A DNA stretch of 64,000 nt, from assembly GCA_973895155.1 (NCBI GenBank), contig OZ316893.1, positions 5,036,171 through 5,100,170 of the forward strand, in the 5' to 3' direction. The notes under the pieces are model-generated. The model saw only the letters and a list, made by a program, of their open reading frames with translations. It was not told where the DNA came from and did not search any database. Position 1 is the stretch's first letter. Each line of letters opens with the position of its first letter. The position numbers and the translations under genes are program-made. This DNA is from Marsupella aquatica (taxonomy: Eukaryota; Plantae; Marchantiophyta). Shown piece by piece: positions 13,658-26,453 of the stretch.

Positions 13658-14390
13658 TGTAAATTGAGAAGGAAGAATAGGATGCCTTCTATTAAACCAA
13701 ATTTGGCTTTTATGGAGTTTGCTATTGGAGAGAACCAATTGTACATTGGGGCAAGGGTAAATATGACAAATGCATTATGCCAGCGTACTTACAGGCAAGG
13801 ACAATGGGAGAATTAGGGGGGAATTCATTACGGACCCCACTAGAGGTCCCTTCCAAAATTTGAGGCTCCACAGCGCGCCATGTCATCATGACATGCTCCA
13901 AACAGGTATGGATTGGTTTACAAAATAAAATTACTTCACCGTTCGTGTTTGTGGCAGGATTTTGGTAAAATTGAGGACGTCATGCCGTAAACCTTGATGT
14001 AAAAATGTTTGAAAATAACCGTTTTATTTACCTTAGGTAACAGCTAGACTGTTCAAATAGTAGGAGGCCCACCTTCCGTGTTTTTTACCCTAAGTAACCG
14101 CTGCCCACCCGCATTCTGAATTGTATTTCAATTGAATAATAACTAACTCTCTCTCGGCAAGTTGATCTGATGAAAAAGTAATTGTGACAATTTTCTCGAC
14201 CTTCTGCTGCCACGAAGGAATAAGTGGACATGATTCTATGTTGGATCACTCAGCACTCCTTTCCATGGCGTCATCATTGCAGTTCCTAACTCGATGATGC
14301 CTCTCGCTACTGTTAGATTGTCCAACGCATGAGGCACGAGCGAACGAAAGAGAAGCAAGCTTAGCAAGGTTCAGTAAGGGCCTCGTCTAC

Positions 14391-14513
14391 GTGCAGATGG
14401 TGTTGAAGAGACTGGGCATGAAAGAAGGACATAGTTATAAAAAGTGTCAGCAGATGATCCAGGGAGTCTATGCAGAAGGTAATAGGAAGGTGGACTTTCA
14501 GGAGTTCAAGGGG
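14391..14513 (+). pseudogene. Calmodulin-like (CML) C-terminal EF-hand fragment
   Basis: VQMVLKRLGMKEGHSYKKCQQMIQGVYAEGNRKVDFQEFK fits the plant CML pattern VL..LG.KEG....C..MI..VD.DG.G.V.F.EFK. The Ca-binding loop is degenerate and the N-terminus is absent. Confidence 0.65.
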
Positions 14514-17500
14514 TCCACGAACTAATTGAGGAGGATAGAGAGGGGAGTTCATTGAGGACCGTGTGACTCTACTATATGGAACGTATCCAGGAAAGAATGA
14601 AAAAGGATTCTTTTGCCTCCTTACATTTTTCCAGGGCGTGGTTAATTTTTTCCTTCTAAACTAAATCTCCATAGTTTAGTTTCTGGCACAGGAAACTGCA
14701 AATTCAAATGACAACCACCGTAAAAAAGGGCACAACACTTTATTATAGTTCTTGAATGATACATAATTATTAGCCAATATCCTCATCTAGCTGAAAAACT
14801 TTCCAAGTGAGGGGTGCAGGCACCTACAAATTAAGAGAAGAACAAATACATCTCAGAAGAGTAAAGAGGCTCCTGAAAAGAAGGGAGGGCTGAGCAAACA
14901 AATGAAGAAAAGGAGAACAAATAAGCATGAGAAGGTAAGAGGAGAGAAAGAACCCTTCAAATCAGAGAATGATGAAGAGGGCTTTCATTGAATCCCTGGT
15001 TGATAAGTATGCCAAACTTATCCATGCCCATTTTAAACTGACTTCAGACTCTCTCTTGCTCTATAGCTGGTCCAAGGTTTATCTTGCATCAGGCACCATA
15101 TATGCATGACCACTCAGACATTCTGTTCACCATGCCAATAACACTGGTTATCCCCTGTTTGAATGTTATTACTACCTAAGCTAAGTTTATCATTTGAAGG
15201 CGCGCATGATAAAAGTTAGAGCATGACGACCTTTTAAATAGGAGAGTAAGGAAGATATGAAACTGGGACAACGGACTATCATGGATGACCAAACTCTTGG
15301 ACTATATATACCACACTGGAAAATAATGAAAAGATCTTTTCCCATGATATGACTTGGGATTCATTTTCACAAAATAATACTACCTACAATGTTCTTCCTT
15401 TCCTTCTGTTTCTTCAAAAAACAAGACTTGGTGAAGGAGGGTGAAAAGGATAAAAATCTGAGACAGATATTTTGGCCTTCATTGACACTGACTTTGGCGA
15501 GGGACCTGGCTTTTGAGTATCCGTTTGAAGATTCTACATTATCTTCTGGAAACCCAAAGTCTGCTGTAAAAGCTATAACAACCTTTAGACCCAACTATAA
15601 GCACCACAAATTCAGCAGTCACAGAAGTAATGGGAGAATGATTTTTGTTTTGCTTTTGCCTAGGATGCTAAGTTCGACAATTTTCTGGCGGGATGATAGT
15701 ATTTATTTTGACTTCTTTTTGGGGAAACTTATTGCAGGAGACCAAGTTTAAGATTGTCCTTCCCATGGAATATTTTGGAAAGGCAGGGTTTCCCTCTCCT
15801 TGGTCACCTTTCCCCCACAAGAACAAAATAAAATAAGTAGCCCTGTGCATCGATTCCGCTGAAACTTGCAAATGCTATCGTGTTGATTTCACCTAAAGCC
15901 CCTCTTTAATGAAACTCAGAAGATTGAGAAGAGACTGTACCCATCATATTTAGGGAAACAAAAGTTACCCAAGGGGAATAGCAAGAATGACAATGGAGAT
16001 TACTTAGGAAACCTCATATAAACCTGTTGGAGATAACCTGGGGTTCAAGCCACAGGTCACTCCAGAACTTATCTTGAGCTATCTCCAGTGGGGTCTCCAG
16101 GCATACCCTGAAAAGGTATATAATTAAATTTAAACTCTGCAAATATTTAAATGACAAAGTATCTATAAACAAAATGTGATGTAAGACCTGCCCTGCATAC
16201 GTTTAGCTTCTACTGCAGCAATTTTTGTTGTGAGATCACATTATTTAGAGCCATCTTTGGCGTGAGCCATCCTGGGCGTGACAAGTCATTTTAAGTATTC
16301 CCTACCACCTCTTATTATCATACAGATTTGCACAATTTTCTCTTTGATTCCAGCAAAGTGTCTCCATTCTCTACTTGGTAAGTTAAAAGTAAAAGTGAGC
16401 CACTCTTCCATTCTGACTTGCTCTCTGGTAAGAATTGTTGAATGGCAAGCAAAAGTAAGTGTGCTGAGGGTTTTGCATGTTCTTAAATTTTAGGACATGC
16501 AGTCAATGGGGAGACTGTAAAAGTTTGCATTGACCCTCTTCATTCTGGCCTTTGGTCAGTCCCTACCTGACCTCAATTTAGGGTAATTCTGGTAGGGTTT
16601 CTGGTATTGCTCTAAGAAGCAAGATGGGCTCTTAGAGCAATGTTCCATCAACCCTAAAATATATGCAAGAATTTACTTCATGGCAAACCCTAAAGTTTCT
16701 AATCAACGTGGGATGGGCAGCGCACCCTTCCACTTTGCTGTCCATACTAAATGAAGCATGAGGGTGACTTTACAAGACCTCTAGGCGCCTTTGCTCTGTT
16801 GTACTCCCCCGGAGAATAAACATGAAGCAGCTGGCTTTCCAAACACTTGAGGGTGTTTTTGTTTTTGTTTTTTGAAAATACGTGTTATTAGAGAAGCCAC
16901 CGCGACGAAGACCAGCGAGGCAGACAACAAACCACACAGATGACCACACACACCCCAATCGGCGACTAAACCCATTCAGGTATGGTGTCTAACCATGCTA
17001 CATGGCAAGCAGTGAGCTTGAGGTAATGATTATTTTGACTGTAATGTTTAGATGGATAGGTGGTTGGTCCAAAAATTGCCAAAATTTAGCCCTCCATTTA
17101 AGGAATTTGAACTTTATTCAATAAATTTTAAGTCTATCTTTACAACAAGAAGTGGCCATCCAATTTGCTATGGTGAATAGAAAAGGTTACAAATGTGTTA
17201 CCCCCAACTCACCCTCAACTCACCCTCACTCAAAACTTCCACCCCCATAGCCATGTCAAGGGCAGTCAATCCTGGGTTCCGGGTTCCCTGGAAAACCTAG
17301 GTTCCCCCAATACACCTGATTGGTACATGGTCGAGGATTCAACTCCAATCATATGGGGGACAGAGTTTTCAGACAGAATGTGAGTTGCTGCACCCATGTA
17401 GGACCCCTCTGGTAATCACTCATCAAAATGTGATTGCATTCATTAATTGAAAGGAAAAAACTAGTATTATCACTGTATGCAGGGGTGTCGTACATAGTAT

Positions 17501-17699
17501 CAGAAACTATAATACAAGGTTGCACCAAAAAACGCCGTGGTCGTCATTCAAATTTGGCGGCCCAAAAAAACAGAAACGGCAAAAACTGAAAGCAATATCA
17601 AGGGATAAAAAACCAATCCTCCCTTTTGCCGCTACGATTCCGTGTCGCCCCTCACTGAGCTCCTGTCGCCTCGGTAAAAGAAGGAAGAGGAAAACACCG

Positions 17700-18460
17700 T
17701 CGCGACCACCCTGCACCCACTGTCCCCCGCCCCAACCAAAAAATGGCCGCGACTGCAGCAGCCGACGGCCTCGCCCCGCCATGGCCTCCTCCTCCCCTGC
17801 CCCGCGCCTGGCCTTCATGCCCCTGCCCTGCCGTCCCCGCCCACGCCTCGACCAGCGAGCCCTGACTCGCCAGCCCTCGACGGCCTCGCCTGCCTCCTCA
17901 CCACGGCCTCGCCTGCCACGGCCTCCTCCTCCTCCCCTGCCCCGCCCCTGCCCTTCCCGCCCCACCCCGCCCCTCTCGCCCAAATGCCGGCCTCCCCTGG
18001 CAGCCTCCCCTCCCCCTTGCCCAACCTCGCCTGACCTCCCCCTCGCCGCGACCCTCGCCCTCCCCTCGCGCCTCGCAGCGCCTTGCATCCCCTCCCCGCC
18101 TGTCCTCCTCCCCGCCCCGCGCCTCGACCAGCGAGGGCCGCGGCGGCCCTGCCCTCCCCACCACGCCCCTCCCCGCTCACCCAGACGCCGGCCTCCCTTG
18201 GCGGCCTCCCCCCCCTCGCCCGACCTTGCCTCCCCTCCCCCTCGCCGTGACCCTCACCCTCCCCTCGTGCCTTGCAGCGCCTCGCCAGGCGTCGCGAGTG
18301 GCGCTCGCCCTCCCCTCACCATCCCCTTGTGCCTCGCCGCAGCCATGGCCTCCCCTCCTCCTCACCGCGACCTCGGCCTCACCCGACCTCGCTCCCCTCC
18401 CCCTCGCCATGCTACGGTCTCCCCTCCCCTCCCTCTCACTGCGACCTCGCCGCAACCTCG
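17700..18460. repeat. C-rich low-complexity block with internal repeats, within the Helitron 1 5' region
   Basis: Repeated CCTCGCC/CCTCCCC units. GCCTCGACCAGCGAG and GCCGGCCTCCC each recur. Explains the spurious Pro/Arg/Gly-rich ORFs here. Confidence 0.8.
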
Positions 18461-18654
18461 AACTCCATTTTGCACTGAAAAATGCATGGGTTGGGGGCCA
18501 AAACTATTGGACCAAACGTGGTCCGGGGGTGGCAGGTCCCCAGAAGTATATATGAGGGGACCACCACTTCCTCTCAAACATCCAAGCTCTCCAAACCGCA
18601 CCACCACCCCAAGGGGGCATGGCGTTAGCAAGTAAGGAGCCGAGCAAGCTTGGA

Positions 18655-19290
18655 TGAGGTACCAATGGGGTTGGGGGATGCAAGGGGTAGGAAAAAAGGT
18701 CTGTTGAAAAGTTGGCCGAGCCTTGCCGTTGCCCCAAGGGGTCTCGGCATTGGGGCGGCCAAAGCCAAGTAAGCGGCCACGGCGAGTTTAATTTAAATGC
18801 TTAAAGTAACCAAAAATCTGGGGTTACCAATGGGGTTGGGGGATGCAATGGGTAGGAAAGAAGGTCTGTTGAAAAGTTGGCCGAGCCGTGCCGTTGCCCC
18901 AAGGGGTCTCGGCATTGGGGCGGCCAAAGCCAAGTAAGCGGCCATGGCGACTTTAAGTTAAATGCTTAAAGTAACCAAAAATCTGGGGTTACCAATGGGG
19001 TTGGGGGATGCAATGGGTAGGAAAAAAGGTCTGTTGAAAAGTTGGCCGAGCCGTGCCGTTGCCCCAAGGGGTCTCGGCATTGGAGCGGCCAAAGCCAAGT
19101 AAGCGGCCACGGCGACTTTCAGTTAAACAACTTTAAGTCACAAAAACTTTGGGGTTACCAATGGGGTTTGGGGATCATGCAAGGAGTGGCGAAATGTTTA
19201 GTTGAAAAGTTGGCCAAGCCGTGCCGTTGCCCCAAGGGGTCTCGGCATAGGGGTGGCCAAAGCCAAGTAAGCAAACATGGGTTAACTTAG
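18655..19290. repeat. 165-bp tandem repeat x about 3.8 inside Helitron 1
   Basis: ACCAATGGGGTT starts at 18661, 18826, 18991 and 19157. Units are highly similar. Confidence 0.9.
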
Positions 19291-19609
19291 GGGCAAGAGG
19301 CACAACTCCTGGAAGCAGGAGGAACGTCGCCAAGGTTGGGTGGGTGGGCGGGATGAGGGGGCCCTTATAGGATGTATCCTTGATGGATATTGGGCTCCTT
19401 CTAATATCCCATGTCTCTTGCGATGGTGTCCTCCAACTGGTGTTCAACTTACTTAGGGTTTGTCAAGCTTGGAATGGGGCATGTAAATTTAAATGACTCA
19501 TTTAAATTAGAATGACTAACAAAATATGTGCATTGGATGCAGACAACAGACTATGGGCGGGAGCATGGAGTAATTAGGTCTTTCTTATGGTGAGGGTACC
19601 GTTGCCAAC

Positions 19610-22600
19610 ATGCCTCCTCCCGACCAGGTATTGGCGGCTCGGCGTGAGAGGTACGCCAAAAATAAAGATGCCATTAATGAAAGGCGGAGGGCGAGGCGAG
19701 CGCAGCGTCGACAGCAACAAAATGGGGTGGTTGGGAATAATGGAGGGGATGGTGGGGCTCCAACTCATGGGGTTCAGGCAGAGGCGAGCGCTCAACCAAA
19801 CTTGGTTGCGCATATGAACAGTGGGAGACAGCTTCGTCGTGAGGCTCGGGGCCAAGGGCAAGCATTGGAAAGGCCCCATGCCATTTCCAATATTAGTGTT
19901 GGTGATCCGAGCACATCGGTCCACCAACCCATGGTTCCCTGTGACCCACATGTATTTGATGAAGGATGGCTCAATCAAGGTGCTTTGGATGAAAGTGGGA
20001 TTCACCATCCTCCATTGGAGTTAGCCTCCAACGCGTCCTATGAGGCAGCATCACATGTTCAGCCAGAACCTTGCCTCTATGATGAGGAGTGGCTTATCAA
20101 TGGGGCGTTGAATGATGGGGGGATTGATTGTCCACCAGAGGAACCGATGCATGCTCACACTGAAACTCATTTGTTTGATGAGGAGTGGCTCATCAATGGG
20201 GCAATGGATGGCGGGTTTGATCAACATGCGGTGGGGGAATTATATGACGCTGAGGAAGATTATGTCAACGATGGGGATGGTGAATTTGATACTTTTGTGG
20301 AGGGGACCTTGGAGCTGTCAAATGGAGAAAGGGAACCGGATGTAGGGCCGAATATTATGTCTGAAGTCCAGGAGAGTTTGGCAGCTGCACCAGTCACACC
20401 TGCATTGCGGAGCGAAGAAGAAATAGCGCGAAGAAGATGAAGGGCACAACTAATCAGTCGTCTTCCAAAGGCGCGAAGGCCGTTGGATCCTCACTTGGCC
20501 CGACATGGTTTGGGGCGTATGGACGTGGTTTGCCACACATGTGGGGCACTTCATTGGCTTCAAGAGTGCAAAAAGGGCACCGAAAACAATCCCCTTTAGT
20601 GCCTGTTGTGCAGACGGCAAGGTGAAATTGCCTCCTTTTGGTGCCCCCGAGCCTCTACGAAGCTTGCTTACAAGGCAAGACAATGTTGGGAAGAATTTCC
20701 ACGAAAACATAAGAGGTTATAACAATGCCTTGGCGTTTACCTCCATTGGTGCAAAAGTGGATGAGCGCAATAATAGTCGAGGGCCTTATTCGTTTCGTAT
20801 CCAAGGAGCGTTGTACCATCTTGCGAGAAGCCTTTTGCCCCCTACAGGAGAAGGACCCAAATTCGCGCAATTGTACATTTACGACACCGCCAATGAAGTG
20901 GGGAATAGGTACCTTCCCAATCCCATGACCACTTGCTCTTCCATCTTGCTTAGGTACATTTTCATATATCTCCAACCCGAGTGGTTCTAATTGCTTTTGT
21001 TGCAGGCTCAACCGAATGCCGCACTTGGATCCAAGGATACTGGCTCAACTACAAGACATGTTGCATGAACATAGTGGATATGTTCATCTATTTAAGAACG
21101 CAGGAAGTCGGATCGAGGGGGGCGATGTGCCAGAGGTATCTTTACACCTCCTGGCCGAGCGCAATAGTGATCCAAGACGTTATAACAAGCCCACGGCTGA
21201 TGAGATCAGCGTTGTCGTGGTGGGTGATGAAGATATAGAGGTATGCCATAAGGACATCATCCTTAGGCAAACAGATGGGCATTTGCGCAGGATCTCTGAG
21301 TGGCATAGGTCTTATGCACCACTCCACTATGTTCTTCTTTTCCCGCAAGGCCAAGACGGATGGTCATATGATATCCCGTTGATGGGTTTTGAAATGAGTG
21401 ACGGGGTTCTTCATCAAGCTGTTACCGGGGCAAGGAGTGAACGTAACGGGTCCAAGAAGGTCACCCAACTACAATACTTTGCATATCATCTTCATGCACG
21501 ATGCAATGATGATTGGCTCCTTCGTGGTGGACGGCTCCTAAAGCAATATATTGTTGATGCCTACGCATGCATCGATCAAACACGCTTGACGTATATCCGC
21601 AATAATCAACAAAAATTGCGGACTGACCTATATTCGGGTCTTCAAGATGCCGTGCACGAGGGAGATGCACACGCAAGTGAGTTGGGCAAGACTTTCATCC
21701 TGCCCTCGACTTATGGTGGTAGCGCATGTAGCATGGCCCAAGCATACCAGGATGCCATGGCTGTCGTACGCACATACGGCCCGCCATAAACTCTTCATCA
21801 CGTTCACTTGCAATCCAGAATGGCCGGAGATCAAAGCAGAGTGCTTTGAGGTTCAAAGTCCAGCCGACCGGGATGAGATTGTGGCACGATGCTTCAAACT
21901 AAAGCTAAGGGCGCTGTTAGCAGAGGTTCGCCAAGGGGTCTTAGGAAGGTCCGTTGCCTCTATGTATGTCATAGAGTTCCAAAAGCGTGGGTTGCCCCAT
22001 GCCCACATGTTGATCATTTTGGCAGAGTAGCACAAGATTCGCACCCCTGACGAGGTGGATGAGTTGGTGTGTGCGGAGATCCCAGATAGAGTAAAATATC
22101 CTCGACTTCATGAGACAATAACCAAGTGCATGGTCCATGGTCCGTGTGGCATAGGTTATCCAAACTCGCCCTGCATGGAAGATGGGAAGTGCACTAAGAA
22201 ATATCCTCGCAAATTCTCCTCAGAGACACAATTTGGGGACGGAGGCTATCCTTTGTATCGGAGGCGAGACAATGGCCAGTCATTCAGCAAGGACAGTAAT
22301 GGATTTAGGTTTGACAACAGGTGGGTTGTTCCCTATAGCCCATACTTGAGCATGAAATACAATGCTCACATTAACGTGCAGATTTGTTGTTCCATTAAGG
22401 CGATTAAGTACTTATACAAGTATGTATATAAGGGGCATGATCGGGCAACGGTGGAAGTTGGAGAGTCACGGGATGAAATCAAAACACATCTTGATGCTCG
22501 TTACGTGTCTGCGGCGGAAGGGACGTGGCAGATTTTCTAATTTAAAATGGCAGAGAGTAGTACTTCTGTCCAACGTCTCCAAGTGCATTGTGAAAGGGAG

Positions 22601-24754
22601 CAGGCGGTGATGTTCAATGAAGATGCAGACATCATAGATGTGGTTGAAAGGGAGTCGGACAGGGATACCACTTTGACAGGATGGTTCAAGACAAATGCGA
22701 TGTTTGAATCGGCACGCCATGTCACGTACACTAATTTCCCTCAAGAATGGACGTGGAACAAGGCTCTACGGAAATGGTCTCCACGTCAGCAAGGGTTTAG
22801 CATTGGGCGAATATACTTTGTGGCACCATCGGCTGGGGAGAGATATTATTTGCGAGCCCTCTTGATTGTTGTCACTGGGGCTCAAAGTTTTGAAGATCTC
22901 CAAACTTTTGAGAACGTGGTGCATCCAACGTTCAAAGAAGCCGCCCTCGCGCGCGGATTGTATGAGAATGATGTAGAGTGGGATAGGTGTCTTGGCGAGG
23001 CGGGCCTCATGCAGACCGGCTCACAACTTCGACGGTTGTTCATCACCATCCTCATCTTTGGCAGCCCCACACAACCCTGTGATCTGTGGACAAGTTACGC
23101 TTCAAAGTTGAGTGATGATTGTTGTCATCACCTTCTCAGCATGGGTTTTCTTGAACCCTCGGAAGAACAACAAAGGAGCTTCGCACTATATTTAATTGGA
23201 CAGGCATTGCACACCCAAGGGAAGACGTTGGGTGAATTTGGGTTGCCCCTCCCTTTAGAATAGTTTTGTGAAGATCTGGCAAACACCAATCAATTGATAT
23301 GGGAGGAGATGTCCTATCGCCAAGAGGATTTGGAACAACAATTGGCTGAGCAGGAGCCGTTGTTGAATGTTGGGCAACGCATTGCTTACACTGCAATATT
23401 GGAGGCGGTTCGGGGTCGTGAGGCTTCCACATTCTTCATAGATGGGCCAGGAGGGACAGGGAAGACCTTTGTGGAGAATGTTCTTCTACGTAGGGTGCGG
23501 GCTGATGGGGACATAGCGTTGGCTGTGGCCTCTTCGGGAATTGCAGGTTTGTTGTTGGATGGAGGTCGCACAGCACATTCAAGGTTTAAGCTTCCTCTCA
23601 ATCCCGATGCTCAATCACTATGCAACATGAAGAAGCAAACGGAGCTTGCTGAATTGTTGCGAAGGACAACATTCATTCTGTGGGATGAAGCGCCTATGGT
23701 TCATCGACATGCTGTGGAGGCGCTTGATAGGACACTTCGCGACATAAGAGAAGACAACAGAAAGTTTGGGGGGCTGGTGGTTGCATTTGCAGGGGACTTT
23801 CGACAAGTGTTGCCGGTGAAAGCAAGAGCAAGTCGTGCGCAGATTGTGGGAGGATGCTTGAAGAAATCTCACATTTGGCACTCTGTGAAAACATTCAAGC
23901 TTACGGAGAATATGCGTGCGCGGGGTACATCCACTTCAATTGAGTTTGGGAACCGGACTTTCCAAGAATGGCTCCTTCAACTTGGGGATGATAAATTGCC
24001 AAAGCAAGGAGCGTTAAATAACATGATTATGGTCCCGCCATCCATGATGGAGAACATTATTGACACCGACTCCTTGATTCGTGCAATTTATCCATCATTG
24101 GAGAATATTGATGACAAGTTGCTAAGCGAGAGAACAATATTGGCGCCAACGAACGAGGAGGCGCTGAAGATCAACAGTTCAATATTGGAAGGGCTCGCAG
24201 GAGATGCACACACCTTCTTAAGTATAGATCGCCCCGATCAATTGGAAGGACGTGACTTTTACCCTACTGAGTTCTTGAATACACTAACACCCACCGGTTT
24301 GCCTCCGCACAAGCTGGTACTTAAGGTTGGATGCCCTGTTATTCTTTTACGTAATGGCGACTTCACTACAGGATTATGTAACGGGACATGACTCATAGTA
24401 CGTACAATCAATAGTCGTGTCATAGAGGCGCGGGTTCTTGCAGGCAAACATGCAGGGAACATAACGTTCATACCACGTATTCCGTTGACGTCAGATGAGG
24501 GACTTCCTTTCATGCTGCGAAGAGTCCAATTCCCGGTTCGAGTGGCATATGCCATGACTATTAATAAGGCACAAGGTCAAACTTTAGAACATGTAGGATT
24601 GCAACTTTCTAAGTCGGTTTTCAGTCATGGTCAATTGTATGTTGCCTTTTCAAGAGCCACATGTCCTACAAGGATAAAAGTGTTACTTCCAGACGATGAA
24701 GATGGAGAAGCAAAGTTGACCAAAAATGTTGTATATGATGAAGTTCTCTACTAA
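19610..24754 (+). pseudogene. Helitron RepHel (Zn finger, HUH Rep, PIF1 helicase), one intron at 20909-21005
   Basis: Zn finger C.TCGALHW..E...CC..GKV. Rep motifs LFITFTCNPEW, VIEFQKRGLPHAH and KYLYKYVYKG. Helicase motifs [26 protein letters not shown] and AYAMTINKAQGQTL. Premature stops (e.g. 20438, 22028, 22538, 23261, 24389) and 2 frameshifts. Confidence 0.95.
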
Positions 24755-24956
24755 ATCAATAAAGACCTCATCATGTGTATTCTCTTCAAAATATTGTATC
24801 AAGTGTGAATGTTATTCTTTCACTTTTGTATTTAACAACATCTATTACTTCATAATGTCTTTCACTAATGACATGTTTTACTTATTGACCATATTGTACT
24901 CACAACATTTTTATACTCAGCCAATTTTTTTGTCAACAACTTCTTGGGCAGCATAA

Positions 24957-25302
24957 CATCTTTTCTCTCAACATCTCTTGGCCGGCACGACATCTTTTCT
25001 CTCCGCGACCTCTTGGCTGGCACAACATCTTTTGTCTCCACGACCACTTGGCCGGCATGACAACTTTTCTCTCCACGACCTCTTGGCTGGCACAACATCT
25101 TTTGTCTCCACGACCGCTTGGCCGGCATGACATCTTTTCTCTCCACGACCGCTTGGCCGGCACGACATCTTTTCTCTCCATGACTTTTTGGCGGACACGA
25201 CATCTTTTTTTCTCAACGACATCTTGGCCAACACATCTTTTTTTCTCCATGACATCTTGGCCGCCACGACATCTTGGCCGCCACGACATCTTGGCCGCCA
25301 CG
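24957..25302. repeat. Helitron 1 3' subterminal minisatellite (about 35-bp units, then 17-bp units)
   Basis: Repeated CATCTTTT.TCTCCACGACC.CTTGGC.GGCA and CATCTTGGCCGCCACGA. Confidence 0.9.
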
Positions 25303-26331
25303 ACTTCGTTTGTGCAACGCACGGGTATTGAGCTAGTATATTATATTTTGATGTGCAGTTATCGAGACCCATGTAGGACAAGGGGATGGTTATCCTGATG
25401 TAATCCAAGCCTTTCCAATCTTACACGTGGTGGGTTCATGTCTTAAAGTGTGTTCCTCTTGAGGCCTAAGGGCAGCTTCTCCGGCAGCTCTTAGGATGAT
25501 TTAATAATGCCTACCCAAAGGTATTGTCATTGTCATTGTCATCGGCTGAATAGCCACCAGCCAGACTACTTCTGTCCACAGTCTGCAATTCTGCATGACC
25601 ACACCTACTGTACATGCTCATGTCACCGTAGCCTTTGGATGCCCTAATAAAGTACAGCATTGAAGCGTACTTTCTAAGAGCGAAAATACGCCAAATTCTG
25701 CCCCCTTATAAAGTACTCGCAACTTTTGGTAAAAGTCAGCCAGGTATTTTCTGTCGATTTTCCACTTTGGGTAAAACTAGTGAGGAACCCTGTAGCCAGA
25801 ACCTGATGTTCCTTAAATGTAGGGAGATCTAATGGTAAATCTATATCACAATGCCCAAGGGCAAAATGCCAAACAGGGAGACAAGATCACAAAAGAAAAG
25901 CAACCCAATGAAGGGGAGGGAAAAGAGGCGTGTTGCTTCTCTGGTGATGGAGGGGATCTTTTTTGAGTGGTGGCCAGTGGCAGGCTGAGTTCGGCTTTTT
26001 GCCTGTGGTGCCTTGGCTGGTCTTCCTGCTCTAGTTGCAGTCTGGTAATTCTCAGGATTGGTTTGTTTTTAGTTTGGTTAGGGGCTACTCCTTCCTCTTC
26101 TGATCATCCTCCTTCCATTAGGCGATCTGGTTGGAGGATGGCCTTCCTCTTTTCTATGGGTGTGCTCCTTCTTTCAGCCCCTTAATTTTCCTTGTGTTGG
26201 ACTGCCTCCTCCTCCCAGGCAGGTTCCTATTGTCCCTTGTCCTGAGGGTTTGAAATAAAGTTGTACGTTTTTCCAAAAACCAAAAAAAAAAGTTTTAAAA
26301 AAGAGGGGAAATCTAATGTAATGAAATTAGA

Positions 26332-26453
26332 CAAACAAGGACTTAACAGGACCCCTCTGGCATCTCCTGGACTTAACCAGACCCTTGTGAGTAAAATGTC
26401 ATCAAGATCTGAGCAAAATTAGTAGGCACAGGGTCCTGTTAAGTCTTTTCCTG
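26332..26453. mobile_element. MITE (Mutator-like), copy 2
   Basis: Same TIRs as 13501-13657. Perfect 9-bp TSD GAAATTAGA on both sides. Confidence 0.85.

Larger units (their letters stand above)
17500..25336 (+). mobile_element. Helitron 1 (formerly autonomous, decayed)
   Basis: 3' hairpin (T)TTGTGCAACGCACGGG followed by CTAG|T at 25333-25337. Candidate 5' A|TC at 17499/17500. Internal RepHel gene. Confidence 0.9.

Noticed and set aside
14850-16100. Possible minus-strand LINE remnant (FLWGK-like peptide)
   Set aside because: Too degraded; no tail or TSD could be defined.
17507-18635. Long Pro/Arg/Gly-rich ORFs on both strands
   Set aside because: They arise from C-rich low-complexity Helitron DNA that lacks stops; no domain motifs.
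24865-25408. Repetitive ORFs and a CRISPR-like look of the roughly 35-bp repeats
   Set aside because: Units are contiguous with no unique spacers and there are no cas genes. This is a Helitron subterminal minisatellite.
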